DNA from: Selaginella moellendorffii
Taxonomy: Eukaryota > Plantae > Lycopodiophyta
Assembly (NCBI RefSeq): GCF_000143415.4
Contig: NW_003314328.1
Location: forward strand, 709,889 to 773,888
Length of the DNA stretch: 64,000 bases
Direction of reading: 5' to 3'
The position numbers were made by a program, and so were the translations under genes. Position 1 is the stretch's first letter; each line of letters starts with the position of its first letter. This document shows, piece after piece, positions 12,747-24,908 of this stretch. The notes below the pieces were generated by a model that had not been told where the DNA came from, made no database searches, and saw only the letters and a list, made by a program, of their open reading frames with translations.

Positions 12747-13851
12747 TTACAAAGCAGGGACGTATGACTCGAGCATTATGCGCGCCGGCGTGGGAGCAAA
12801 CACGTCCACGATCAGGTACGTGAACTTCCAGGTCCGGTCCAGCTTGTCTTTGAACATCTCGGTGTAGACTTTGCCAGAGCCCTGAGGACCCCGGATGAAG
12901 AACATGATCTGCAACAAACACGATTAGCCTGTTGTGTATCCCGATTTGAACCAGTAAGTAATGTACCTCAATTCTCTCGACACCATCCTCGTCTTTCCAC
13001 ACTCTGTTGCTGATCCGTTGCCTCGCTGCTCTGTGGCGGCTTTCTTGCCCATAGCCAGTTACAGGCGTCCCTATGCGCAGCGTGACCTGATAGTCCACCC
13101 AAGGTTGTGTGAGAACTCTGTTAAAACGGCACACAAAAGAGAAGAAAATCTCACCTGACTGTCGTGTTGGACCCTGTCCAGGGCTTTGCCAAAGATTTTG
13201 TACCTATCAGTGACAGTCAGTGACAAGGAAGATAAGAGGGAAAAACGTTTTCAAACGAAAAAAGAAAAGCTTACTCCTTGGGTTGGAAAACAAGCTCCTT
13301 GAACACTGCATAAGCAGCAGCAGCAGCCACAGCCAGCCCAGCGAGGATGATGAGACCGTAGGATGCCCCCTCCGCAACCGTGACAGGCCTCTCCGGGATT
13401 TTATCGGTGATCGAGTCGAAAGGGTCTTCTTCTTGAGTAGAAATCCCTTTATCTTGTGTCTGCTAACAAAGAACAAAAAAAAAAATGGATAGCTCATGAT
13501 GGTCAGTGGCGACCGCGAGATTTTTATTTTTACCTGCTGCTGAGTTGCGTAAGATGCCACCGGCGTCAAATGCGCAGACATTCGATAGGCCGAGCGGCTA
13601 GTTGGATAAGCAAGGAGCTCCCGAGAGCTGCTGGACGGGCAAAAACTATGTAGAGAGCGTGATCCTGGATAGAAAAAACCATGACTAAGATCGAAAGAGA
13701 AGAATATGACTCACCATGGATTTCTGGAGCACTCCGGGCTCCGTTAATAGCACGCACGGTCTGGAGCTGCAAATTCCGGCGATGAGAAAGAATGGAAGAT
13801 CCATTACCACCATACCTTGCGCAAGATGGGTCGAAACGACCGCCATGACAT
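12747..13851 (-). CDS. TIM21: Mitochondrial import inner membrane translocase subunit Tim21, multi-exon
   Basis: Spliced peptide [53 protein letters not shown]...[37 protein letters not shown]...[17 protein letters not shown]...LESYVPAL. Basic presequence-like N-terminus. Confidence 0.93.
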
Positions 13852-13915
13852 AGCGCTGCCCTTGGACCCTAGAAAGCCCTATACCGAAGGGAAAAACAAA
13901 ATAACGTTACCTCTT

Positions 13916-15095
13916 TTATCGTTGCATTTTGGGAAGCCTGATCGATCGTTTGGAGCCTGGAAAGATCTGCGAGGCGATTCTGGATTGAGGCACCGCTACC
14001 TCTGGCTCCGGTCCCGATGCTGTGCTTGTTTTCATGGGATTGATGTTGGTTGTCACTCCGCCAACCGGGACCGGGGCGAGGATGTTTTGGATGTTTTGGC
14101 AATGCTTGAGCGCTGTCCATCTCTCCTCGAGCTTCTTCCCGCAATCTTTCATGTCGTTGATCGTCGGGGGATTGTTCTTGACCTGGAACCGTTCTGTGAG
14201 AACGGGAAAAAGTCCATCGATGGATCGATCTTACGCTGGAGTAAACGTCTGTTGAATCCTCGAGATAGCTCCTCAAGCATTCCACATCCTCTAGAAGCGC
14301 GTCCTAGAGATAGATCGATTCGAGTTAGCATAAAAGTCTCCAAGAAAAAACAGAAGATCGGTTTCTTACATGCTCCGCGGCGAATGCGTGGCGGAGGCGA
14401 TCGTTGATGGCGTCGATCCCTGAGACATTCAAATGCGGCGCCATCTTCCTCACGATCAGCGATGGATCCATTGCGGCCTTCCTGAGAACTGGATGATCGT
14501 CGCCGCGGGAGAAGATTTCACTTCGTCGAGGGGGAAACAGCGAGGGGTTGCCTTTCTTCTGCTTCTCCTGGATCGCATTCTTGCTCATCACGTAATCCAG
14601 CGTGCTCTTGCACCGGCCGTGAAGCGATAGGGGATTCTTGGCGGATTTCCTGGGAGAAACCTGGTGATCGGCCTTGGCGGCAACAGGAGGAGACGAGCAA
14701 GAAGGGCCAGATCCCTGATCTACCGCCTGGGATCGAGAAGGAGAAAGATCGCCAAGCCCTAACGCCAGAGATTGCGACTGCTGCGCTTGCGCCTCGCAAG
14801 AATCGGTGGCCTGGATGTGCTCCACCAGGATCTTGATCTCCTTCTCCAGCATTTGCCTGGCAGGGGTATCCAAAATCTTGTGCGACGCGACCTGGCGTTG
14901 CATGTCCTCGTCCACAAACTGGAGAATCTCCTCGTAGGCCACCGCTTCCCGAAAGAGCACCTCATTCTCCTCGATCACAGCCGCGCCAATGCTCTTGCGC
15001 ACAACATCGCGCTCCCCTGGATTGAGCAGCGCCGCAGTCTCGTTCCAGAGCAAGGATCGAACGCGGCGAAACGGCAAGCGACGAGGATCTTCCAT
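13916..15095 (-). CDS. CCDC24-like coiled-coil protein, ~3 exons
   Basis: SLLWNETAALLNPGERDVVRKSIGAAVIEENEVL and LNVSGIDAINDRLRHAFAAEH-DALLEDVECLRSYLE resemble the two conserved CCDC24 blocks (recalled, not searched). Confidence 0.7.
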
Positions 15096-15189
15096 GCTAG
15101 CCAGAAACGAGGGGAAAACAAACAATGCTTAGGTTTGAAAAAAATGCCTTGGTTGGGAAAAGATAGGGCGGGAATAGAGCAAATGATTG

Positions 15190-15262
15190 CGCCGCCCGTG
15201 GGGCTCGAACCCACGACCACAAGGTTAAGAGCCTTGCGCTCTACCGACTGAGCTAGGGCGGC
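15190..15262 (-). tRNA. tRNA-Lys(CTT)
   Basis: GCCGCCCTAGCTCAGTCGGTAGAGCGCAAGGCT-CTT-AACCTTGTGGTCGTGGGTTCGAGCCCCACGGGCGGCG, a 73-nt cloverleaf. Confidence 0.97.
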
Positions 15263-15312
15263 AAGCTTGTGCTCATGGTAATGGTTTCCTTCATATAAAC
15301 GAAAGACAGCAT

Positions 15313-17477
15313 TTACTTTTTAAAGAGAGACGACAATGGAATGCGGCATTCCTGAGAACCTGAGCCTTGGAGGCACTTGCAAAAGCTTTCGCCGTCTCGA
15401 GGAATAGCCTCTGGCAATGGACGATCTGGAGAAACACCAACCTACGTATGAAAGAGAAAGAATCACGTAAACTTCGCAAAAACTGTAAGAAACTTACCTT
15501 GTCAATGTCAATCTTGTCCGGCGTCTGGTATCGAGCAGTAGTAACAACAAGCCCAGAGCCATCTGATAGTTCAAACACAGACTGGATTTTCCTGGCAAAG
15601 AGAAAGGCGAGAGTTGGAAAACAACTATAAATGAAATCCATGCCTTCGTACCCCTTGCCAAACGTAGGCTCGCCGAGAACAGTAGCTCGATCGTTGTCTT
15701 TGAATGCTCCAGCGAGAATCTCACTCGCACTGGCAGTTCCTTTGTTCACCTGAGAGAAAGAAGAAGTTGAGAACTCAGAAAGATCTTCGTTTTTATACCA
15801 GTAGAGCCAGAGGTTCTGAAGGAGCTATGGCACTACCACCGTCCGCCTCGTAAATGTCTCGTATCCCTCTGTTGTCAGCGATGTACACGATAACTCCCTT
15901 GTCCAACCTAGAAAAACGTTTGGTTTCTACGCAAAGAAGGATTACTGCAAGAAACTTTACCACATTTTTGCAATGTCGATCACGGCAGGGAAGTATCCAC
16001 CGCTGGAATAAAAAACCCGCTGTGAAAACAAAGATAAGTGAAATGCATACCCGTTGTTTCGGATGTCAAGCACGTAACCAGACGCACCGCTTTTGTGCAG
16101 TGCCTCCAGCGCCTGCTGTACAGCACCTACAAGCGATGCGTTAAAATTACAAACAGGATTGGGAGAATCACTTACGAACTGAGTTCTTGTTAAATGTTGA
16201 TAGGCGGATGTATCCCAGCTTTTGATAGGAACTGACTTCGCAGAGCTTCCACGTCACGGGATTGACGACGATTTTTTCTCTTCTGAACGACAAACCATGT
16301 CAAGCATCAAGAACTCAAGTCAAAACACGTACGTCAATGTCATCGTGTTCTCCATTCTGCTTTCTCTGTTGAGCACAGTCAGTATGACGGATGAGTTCTC
16401 CGGACCCCTGCACCCATAGCCGGTGTCTCACTGAAAGCAAAAGATAAACAAGACAAACTTACTGGAGTTTTTTAGCAGCATCGTAAAGGCTCAAGCCTCC
16501 AACCTTCTCTCCATCGATCTCTAAAATAACATCTCCAGGCTGAATGCCTGCTCGAGCAGCAGGACCTCCGGCCACGGGCGTCACAACTACAAGTTCGTCT
16601 GGCAAGCCGCTCGAGTTAGCGTCAAATCCAACTTCCAAGCCCACTCCCGTCAAAGCACCCGTAGTGCCAGACTGCCTACACAGCAAGAGCTCGGGAGTCA
16701 GGAGATGATCATCAGCGCTGCAACTTTTTAGCAACAAAAACAAGCTGCTCACCACCAGGCTCTTAAACTTTTCTGGCTCCAAAAACCTCGTAAAGGGATC
16801 GTCCAAAGTTGCAAGCATCTTGCGAATAGCACCATCTAATCGGAACAAGCCAAGAAAGTCAGTAGATGAGAGAATCCAGAAGCAAAATACTCACACGTTT
16901 CTTCTCTGGTATTCATGGGCTCGTTCCGAAGCACATTTTCGCGATATCTAAACCAGCTTTGTCCGTTGAAGCTCTTGTCAACGTAAGCCCGATCGATCGT
17001 TCTCCATGCTTCCAAGAACAGTAAATTCTCCTCCGTAAGAGCCCCTAGGAAATACCGAGAGAAAAATCAATCCAAAAACCATAGAAAAGAAGAACTTTTC
17101 AAGGGAAAAACACTCACAGGCAGAGAGATTGTTTGGTGCCGAAGCGATCAACGCAATGCTCAAGGCAGAAGTTACTAAGAACAGCAGCCACTGTCTCCTT
17201 CTCAGCCTATCGATGTGATACGTAACAATCTCGAAACTTAGCAGCTTTCGTCCCCATACACAAGCTCGAGAAGCTGCTTCTTCGGAAAAAACCTTTATAA
17301 TTCTCAGCCTCTCACGGTTCCTCAAGCTAATCTTCTGTCCCCTTGCGAAGATTGCCCCCTGCAAGACCAAAGAACACGCAATGCGGCGAGATTTCTAACT
17401 GCATCTTTGCCTACCTTGCAGATTTGGAGCCGAGCGCCCGGCCCGGCGGAAGGCGCCTGCCATATCCCGGTTGCCAT
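15313..17477 (-). CDS. CTPA: Chloroplast D1 C-terminal processing peptidase (S41, PDZ), multi-exon
   Basis: [80 protein letters not shown]. Confidence 0.95.
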
Positions 17478-17585
17478 AGCCGGGAGGAGCCCTAAAATTG
17501 TGGGCAAAAAAATTGAATTTTTGTGGGCAGAGTTTAGGGTTTTTGGGTTTAGGGCTTGTGGAGGAGAAGAGAAGAAGAGGCGGCA
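17478..17585. promoter_or_regulatory. Compact bidirectional promoter (CtpA/NRPB5) with telo-box-like TAGGGTTT motifs
   Basis: 108 bp between divergent ATGs; tttagggtttttgggtttaggg at ~17533-17554. Confidence 0.6.
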
Positions 17586-18334
17586 ATGGCGCAGCTGGAT
17601 GACAGCACGAATCGGCTCTACAGGATCCGGCGGACGATCATGCAGATGCTGCGCGACAGGGACTACCTGGTGGCCGATTACGAGGTATCGCTCACCAAGG
17701 AGCAATTCAGGGACAAATTTGGGGACGAGCCCAAGCGCGACGATCTTGTCATCAGCAAGGCCAAGCGCTCAGACCAGTCGGACCAGATCTTCGTCTTCTT
17801 CCCGGAGGAGCCCAAGGTGGGGGTGAAGACGATCAAGACGTACGCCGAGCGCATGAAATCGGAGCTCGTGTTTCGCGCGATCATGGTCGTCCAGACGAGT
17901 CTCACGCCATTTGCAAAGCAGTGCCTGTCGGAGATGGCTCCAAAGTACCAGATCGAGGTGTTCCAGGTTCTTCCCGGATAGAGTGTTCTTCCTGGATAAG
18001 TTTTCTTCTCTAATCTTTCTTCGTTCTTCCAGGAAGCGGAGCTACTGGTGAACATCAAAGAGCACACTTTAGTGCCCGAGCACCAGGTTCTCTCTGCGGA
18101 AGAGAAGAAAACTCTGCTCGAGCGTTACACTGTCAAGGAAAGCCAGGTAACTCATACTCGCTCTCGTTGCTCGCCTTGATCAATTAACCATTCTTTTGCT
18201 CGTGACAGCTTCCTCGTATGCAGGATCGCGATCCAGTGGCTCGATACTACGGTCTCAAGCACGGCCAAGTCGTGAAGATCATCCGGCCGAGTGAGACTGC
18301 CGGACGATACGTGACTTATCGCTACGTTGTTTGA
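17586..18334 (+). CDS. NRPB5: RNA polymerase common subunit RPB5, 3 exons
   Basis: [18 protein letters not shown]...[18 protein letters not shown]...[17 protein letters not shown]...[17 protein letters not shown]. Confidence 0.97.
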
Positions 18335-18490
18335 AGCAAGAGTAAGAGTGGTCTGGTCTTTTAACATTGATGGCCTTCTGCTGTGCTAGAAACAAAGGAG
18401 TATAGAATGAGAGAAGCTACGAACTAAGAAAGCTAGGGTCATCGAAAGGATCCATGTACTTTGGGAACGATCGCTCGCTTCACACAGCGC

Positions 18491-18977
18491 CTAAGTCGCC
18501 GATTTCTTGGCGAAATGTGGGCTGAGGAGTCCTGGGATTTCGGTCATGTCGATCCGATCCTTGCAGCTCAGGAACTGCTTGAGCTTCTCGTCGGGTAGGA
18601 TGTTCCTCTTCTTCTCTGGGTCCTGTAGAAAAAAACATTCGATCATTGATACCGAAAAAGCTATGAAAAATCTTCCATTTATCTGAGAAGAAGAAAAGAG
18701 AAAGAGAGGACCATACCTGGAGATTGTGGCTTTTAATGTAGACCCACATCTGCTTCATCGCATCGATCCTCGACATTTCCTGGAGCCCGAAGAACTTCCT
18801 CCCAGCGGCGGAGATTGGCACCACCAAGTTCAAGCCCCCGGCGGCCTTGCGCCCCTCGCCGCCCGCCGCCGCCGCCGCTGCTGCCGTTCCTGTCCCGGCC
18901 TTCTTGGCCGCCGCCGGCGCCGCCGCCCTGGCGAGCTTCACTGCCTTGGATGCCGCCGAACCAGACGCGGACGCCAT
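18491..18977 (-). CDS. Small SWIB/MDM2-domain protein (probably organellar nucleoid type), 2 exons
   Basis: SRIDAMKQMWVYIKSHNLQ|DPEKKRNILPDEKLK...MTEIPGLLSPHF. Confidence 0.9.
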
Positions 18978-19163
18978 AGCCACGAAGAACACAAGACACG
19001 CAAAACCCCAAAACCCTGAAACGCTGTGCTAAGCGCGGAAGCTGGCTATCAATGCACTAAGTAAATATGACATATCGCCTGCCGTACATTTCTCCCGGCT
19101 TTCGGCCAGGGGCCCATTACCATTCCGGACAGCCTTGGAATAATGCTAGCATCTTTTTGAAAT

Positions 19164-20542
19164 TCAAAAATTTAGCGCGGCGATGGCGCGGAAGAGCTTG
19201 CTGGTGAGCTCCTCGCCTAGAATCGCGTTTAGGGCTCGATTCACCATGATCGATGGCGGCTTCCCCACCAGCGTCGCGCGCGGTAGCCATTCCATGAGCT
19301 CCGGGGCGAAGGCTCGGTAAGGAAGCCAGGAAGAGTACCAGCTTGGGACGATCGCGTGGCGTTTCCTCGAGATGCTGGCGTCCACCACGGCCTTGGCGGC
19401 GTCCCCGCTTGGTATCATCGGCCACCACCATGGTATGTGCCCCTGGAGAACGTTAGTTTCGAGAGAAAAACAATGAAACGAAGAAGTTCTTGGCGTGATT
19501 GGATTTGTACCTCTGCGTGGGCTGTCATCTCCGATGCTACGAAGCCCGGCATTACGATTGTGATGTCGATCAATCGACCGATTGGTTCAGTGCGAAGGGT
19601 GTCGAAGAACTGGACCAAGGCAGCCTTCGCGGCCTGGAAAGGAAAAGCTTACATAGTTTTAGGCGACGATTAAAATGTCAAGGAAAAATGGAAGTTTTCA
19701 TACGTTGTATGGAGCCTGGCGAGGATATGGACAATAGGCTGCGACTGATGCTACCACTACCAGCTGACCTTTGGCTCGCGCGAGATGTTCCAATGCATAC
19801 TTTGTGGTGAGCACGGCCCCCAGGAAATCGACGTCCTGAAATGTGATCACGTTAATCAAGGAGAAAAAGTATCATAGAAGAAAAACAAAAATCGATTTTT
19901 AATACCATTGTTCGTCGAAAGCTGCCAGTAGTTTCATAATCCTCAAAAAGTCCGCTCTCGGCCATGGCAGCATTGTTGACGAGAACATTAACTTCAATGC
20001 AGTAAAAAGTTAGCAAAGGAACTTGAGTAGAAAACATCGACAAAGCAGAAGAATCTAACAAAAAATGGAAGAAAGAAATACCTCGACCAAATCTAGAAAC
20101 TGTGAACTCCACGATGCGTCGGCAATCGGATTCCTTTGTGAGATCAGCTGGACACACGGCTGCGTCCATAGCTCCAGCCTCCAAGCACGCTTCCGCCACT
20201 TCTCTTAGTTTGTTCTCTCTTCGTGCCACCAGCACCAGCCTTGCACCATATCTTGCGTACTCCAAAGCTATGAACTGCAAGCCCAATCACAGGGAGAAAG
20301 AAGTTAGCTTCAATCCGAGAAAAAAAAAAAAAAACAAAACTTACGCTGCCGATTCCTGACGAAGCCCCCGTAACAATCACCACATTGCCTCTAATCGTCT
20401 TGGAGCTCGTGAAAGCACTGCGGATCTTACGAAACCCCAGCATGCAAGGCACCACCAACGGAAATATCACAAGCAAAAACGCAGCCGCGATCCAGCCGAG
20501 GAACCACCTTACCGCGGCCTTGACACCAAAGTCTATGTCCAT
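19164..20542 (-). CDS. 11-beta-hydroxysteroid dehydrogenase-like SDR (steroleosin/HSD family), multi-exon
   Basis: Hydrophobic N-terminus, VVIVTGASSGIG, LVLVARRE, VLVNNA, YxAAKAA, MPGFVASEMT. Confidence 0.9.
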
Positions 20543-20621
20543 CCTCGGAGCGAAAGGAAGACTCTCCCTTCTCAAGCACATATAGTCTCTTTTTCACGCA
20601 TGCAAACATGCATGGCCGGCT

Positions 20622-22484
20622 TTAGCTCCCTATAGATCCTGCGAGACCTTTATCGGCATAGCTACATTCGTTCTTCCTCCTTCTCGACTTTGGGCTCAAG
20701 CTTCTTTCTTTCAGCTTCTTTCGCATGGCTCTCGAGTACTTGCTCGTAGCGGAGTAAATGTTGGCCAGCGTCAGGTAAGATGCTGCATTCTCCGGCTCCA
20801 GCTCCATGAGCTCGTTCGCTGCTCGGGTACCGCAGTTGGGATCTCTGTGAACTCTACAAGCCGCGAGAAGGGCCGCGTAAGTGACCGAGTCGGCACGGAA
20901 AGGCATCCGCTTGACGAGCTCTTCCGCAACACCCAGCAATCCCACTCGACCGAGAATGTCTACCATGGAGCAGTAGTGCTCCACTCCGGGCGAGAGATCG
21001 TGATCTTCCTTCATCGAGTTGAACTGCTTCCACGATTCCTCCAAGAGCCCGAGGTGGCTGCAAGCGTTGAGGATGCTCATGAAAGAGATCTCGTCGCGAC
21101 GAACACCCTCCAGATCCATGCTTCGAAACACGTCCACCGCCCCGGTGTTGTAGCCCGCGTGAGCGTAAACTCCGATCATGGCACTCCACGACTTTACGTT
21201 CTGCTCCGGCATCATCTCAAACAAGTTCTTGGTTCTCTCAATCAGACCAAGTTCCGAGTAAGCCGAGAGCATCGCGTTCCACGAGACTAAGTTTCGTTCC
21301 GGCATCGTTTCAAAGACTTCTCTCGCTTCTCTCAAATGCCGGCTCTCGGCAAATGCAGTAAGCATTGCGGTCCAAGAGACAACGTTTCTTTCTGGCATTT
21401 TGTCAAAGAGAGTTTTAGCCTCATCCAAGAAAAAGCTCTGCGCGTACATGGTAAACATTGCTGTCCACGAGATAACGTTCTGCTCGGGCATAGAATCAAA
21501 CACCACCCTGGCCTCCTCTAGACAAGCGCGCTGCGCAAACGCGCAAACCATCAAGGTCCACGAGCCAAGATCACGCTCCTCCATAGTATCAAACAGCACC
21601 TTTGCGGATTCAACATTGCCACCCCGGGAGTAAGCCATGATCATCGTGTTCCAAGTCGTGACGTTCCTCTCGACCATTTGGTCGAAGATCGCCCGAGCCG
21701 CGTCGAGATTCCCATCCTGGACGTGTGCCTGGATCATCATGTTCCACGACACGACATCGCGATTCGCTCGCTCATCGCCCACAACCGATTCGAAGAAGGA
21801 TTTTGCCCCTTCCAGATGCCCGTGCTGGACGTAGGCCTGCAGCATCGAGTTCCAGAGAATCCCATCCTTCTCCGGCATGCTCTCGAAGACGAGCTTGGCA
21901 TGATCGATTCGCCCGGCGCGAGCGTAGGCCTGGATGATCGGTGTGCACGCCACCGCGTCCTTGTCGGGCATCTCATCGAACAGCCTCTTTGCGGACTCCA
22001 AATGCCCAGTTTGGGCAAATGCTGATATCAAAAGAGTCCACGACACAAGATCTCTTTCCGGCATCGAGTCGAAGAGCTCCTTGACGCGCTCGACGTCGCC
22101 CGCGCGAGCATACGCAGTCATCATCGCGTTCCATGACACAAGATTGAGCTCGTGCATCGAGTTGAAAACCCGCCGCGCTTCCGTCACTTGCCCGTTGTGC
22201 GCGTAAGCCGTGAAGAGGATGTTCCACGAGAAAGTGTTGGGCTGCTCGATCGCGTCGAAGACACGCCGCGCCTCCTCCAGGCTGCCGCATCGCCCATACA
22301 TTTGGACTGCCAAATTCGCCAAGTACTTATTCTTGCGGAGCTTGGGGCTGCGCTGGATGATCTCCTCGACAACAAATTTGCCTTGCGCGAGATCTCTGGA
22401 GCCGCCACACTGCCGCAACCGGGTTGCGAGCTCCTCCACCGTCTCTGTATCGATCGCAGCGATGGCCAAGGAGGAAGAACACAT
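20622..22484 (-). CDS. PLS-class PPR protein with E extension, no DYW domain (candidate organellar RNA-editing specificity factor)
   Basis: Intronless; many (F)DxMPERxxVSW short PPR motifs; EHYCSMVDILGRVG...LLAACRVH...YLTLANIYS E-domain. The start codon is inferred. Confidence 0.9.
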   Translation of the reverse strand: MCSSSLAIAAIDTETVEELATRLRQCGGSRDLAQGKFVVEEIIQRSPKLRKNKYLANLAVQMYGRCGSLEEARRVFDAIEQPNTFSWNILFTAYAHNGQVTEARRVFNSMHELNLVSWNAMMTAYARAGDVERVKELFDSMPERDLVSWTLLISAFAQTGHLESAKRLFDEMPDKDAVACTPIIQAYARAGRIDHAKLVFESMPEKDGILWNSMLQAYVQHGHLEGAKSFFESVVGDERANRDVVSWNMMIQAHVQDGNLDAARAIFDQMVERNVTTWNTMIMAYSRGGNVESAKVLFDTMEERDLGSWTLMVCAFAQRACLEEARVVFDSMPEQNVISWTAMFTMYAQSFFLDEAKTLFDKMPERNVVSWTAMLTAFAESRHLREAREVFETMPERNLVSWNAMLSAYSELGLIERTKNLFEMMPEQNVKSWSAMIGVYAHAGYNTGAVDVFRSMDLEGVRRDEISFMSILNACSHLGLLEESWKQFNSMKEDHDLSPGVEHYCSMVDILGRVGLLGVAEELVKRMPFRADSVTYAALLAACRVHRDPNCGTRAANELMELEPENAASYLTLANIYSATSKYSRAMRKKLKERSLSPKSRRRKNECSYADKGLAGSIGS

Positions 22485-22577
22485 CACATAAAAATGCTTG
22501 CATTGTTTGATTAAAGGGCTATAAAGCAGCTCATCTTTCCAATTTAGGGTTCTTGGTTTTAGGGCGAAGGAGCGGGA

Positions 22578-24609
22578 ATGTCGTCCGTGTACGTGCTCGA
22601 GCCTCTCACCAAGGGGAAGGTGGTTCTCCACACCTCCTCCGGGCCTCTCGACATCGAGCTCTGGGCCAGGGAAGCTCCGCAAGCTGTAAGTTCGTGAGAT
22701 TTCTCATCGATTTTGTGCTTGACAATGCGAGCGCCTATCACTTCCAGACCCGGAATTTCGTCCAGCTCTGTATGGAAGGCTATTACAACAACACATTGTT
22801 CCACCGAGTGATTCCAAGCTTTCTGGTCCAAGGGGGCGATCCCACGGGCACTGGGAAAGGTTCGTTCTTTTATTTTCTCCTTGTGTTCTTAGTATTAGTT
22901 TGTGGAACTTAGGTGGTGAGAGCATCTACGGAGAACCTTTTCCCGACGAGATTCACACGCGATTGAAGTTTCGACATCGAGGTTTTGTTGCCTGCGCAAA
23001 CGAGGGAAGGCCAAACTCGAATGGCAGCCAGTTCTTCATAACTTTGGATCGCTGCGACTGGATCAATGGCAAGCACACGATCTTTGGAAAGGTTTTCTTC
23101 TTCTTTTTTCTGTTGTTGTAGATGTTCTCAAGTGAGTTACAGGTAACGGGAGATACGATTTACAATCTGTTGAAGATTGCAGAGTGTGATCCTGACGAAG
23201 ATGACCGGCCTACAGATCCTCACTCTGTACTTTCCACTGAGGTGAATAAGTGTGATCTTTACTCTTTTATTTGCTTTCTCCTTTCAGGCTCATGAAGGTT
23301 CTTCCAGGTCGTTTGGAATCCCTTTGATGATATTGTACCGAGAAAACTTCACAAACCTGTGGATAAGTCCGGAGCCAAGACAGAAGAAAAGCCAGTCAAG
23401 CAGAAAAAGTAAGATCAGATTTGGAGCTCTTGTTTGGTTCTCAAGATTTTTGCTGTATTCAGGAGATTAAATCTATTGTCTTTTGGTGAGGAGGCTCTTC
23501 AGGAAGATGAAGAAGCGTCTGTCATCAAGGAGAAAATAAAAAGCAGCCATGATGTTCTGGATGATCCGCGATTGCTGAAATCTCAGGTCCCTGGTCCCGA
23601 AACTAAGGTACGTGCTTTGGACTTCAACGTTTTTTTGTTTAGATTTGGAATCTCGTATCACACATAGGAGGACAAACAACGTGAGCTAAGTGCAGTTCGC
23701 CAAGCCTTGGCAAACAAGAACCCTTTACCCGCACAGGAGGAAGAAGATGTTGCGAGTGATGGGGAAGACCAAGATCAAACTTTCGACGAGAAGATGAGGC
23801 AAAAGCTTCTTGAAAAGAAGAGGCTCTGGGATCCTCAACAAGAAACAAAAGGTACAACAAGATTTTCTTAAACGATTTTTGTGACTAGCAGCGGATTGTT
23901 TGTTTTTGCAGCTAAAGCGGTAGCAGAAAACAAAAAGTACGTATCTGATAGTTTTCTCCCCGAATCCTCGTTCTAAACGCTTCTGGCTGAGCAGATCCAA
24001 GGTTATCCAAAAACCGGAGAAAGACGATGACGAGGACGATGACGAGGACGAAGAGGAGGAAGAGAGTGACATAAGGAAAGACAAACTAGTGATCAAAAAG
24101 CGGGGATTGGGATCAGAAGCAAGGGCAGAGATAGCGCTCAAGACCGACGTCGAAATGCAGCTTCTAACTCCCCAAGAGCAACGACGGCAAAAAGTTAAGC
24201 AACACAAGCGGAATCTCGGCAGTCGGGAAGAAACAGTACGTGGTCTCGTTCACAAAACTTCTCCATTGCTTACAATCTTTTGTTTTCCAGACAATGGCCT
24301 TGCTGGATAAGTTTCGGGAGAAGCTTTCCAGTCACAAAGCAGCCGAGCCTGACAAGGACGAAGCGTCGGATATTTTGAGTCACAAGCTCAAGTTCGAGCT
24401 GGACAGAAAGGTGAGAGCTATAGTTTGTGTGATCTCGTGACGATGGTCTCTTTGTTCGCTCAACGCAGGATAAAATGGCCAGGAAGGAAGCGCTCGACCA
24501 CTACGTAGTTGTGGATCCTTTGTTAGAGAAAGGCAAAGAGCAGTTTAACAAAATCCAGGCCAAGATGAAGAGACGCAACCGCGAATGGGCCGGAAAGTCC
24601 TTCACTTGA
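22578..24609 (+). CDS. CWC27: Spliceosomal cyclophilin CWC27 / CYP57, multi-exon
   Basis: [15 protein letters not shown]...[31 protein letters not shown]...[11 protein letters not shown]...[14 protein letters not shown]...[12 protein letters not shown]. Confidence 0.95.
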
Positions 24610-24723
24610 AAGTCAGATGTTTGTAATTTAAAACCTTTGTTGTAAATATTTTAAAGTGTGATTTGTAAATATTATTCAAAATTAAAAACTATAAAGTAAA
24701 TAAAAATTAATAACGACAGAATT

Positions 24724-24806
24724 TGCTGGCTGTGGGGTTCGAACCCACGCACACTGTGTGTAGATGATCTTAAGTCATCCCCCTTAGACCACTCGGGCAA
24801 ACCAGC
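24724..24806 (-). tRNA. tRNA-Leu(TAA)
   Basis: GCTGGTTTGCCCGAGTGGTCTAAGGGGGATGACT-TAA-GATCATCT...GTGGGTTCGAACCCCACAGCCAGCA, with a long variable arm. Confidence 0.95.
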
Positions 24807-24908
24807 CACGCTGTGATTTTGACCGCTTTAAATTGTCACGTAGGTTCTTATATGCTGACCATCTAAGTCTCGACTTTTGACAAAGTTTGGAATATGGCCA
24901 GAAGAGAT

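Noticed and set aside
22485-22682. N-terminal extension of the PPR ORF
   Set aside because: It overlaps CWC27 exon 1 in antisense and starts at a non-ATG codon.
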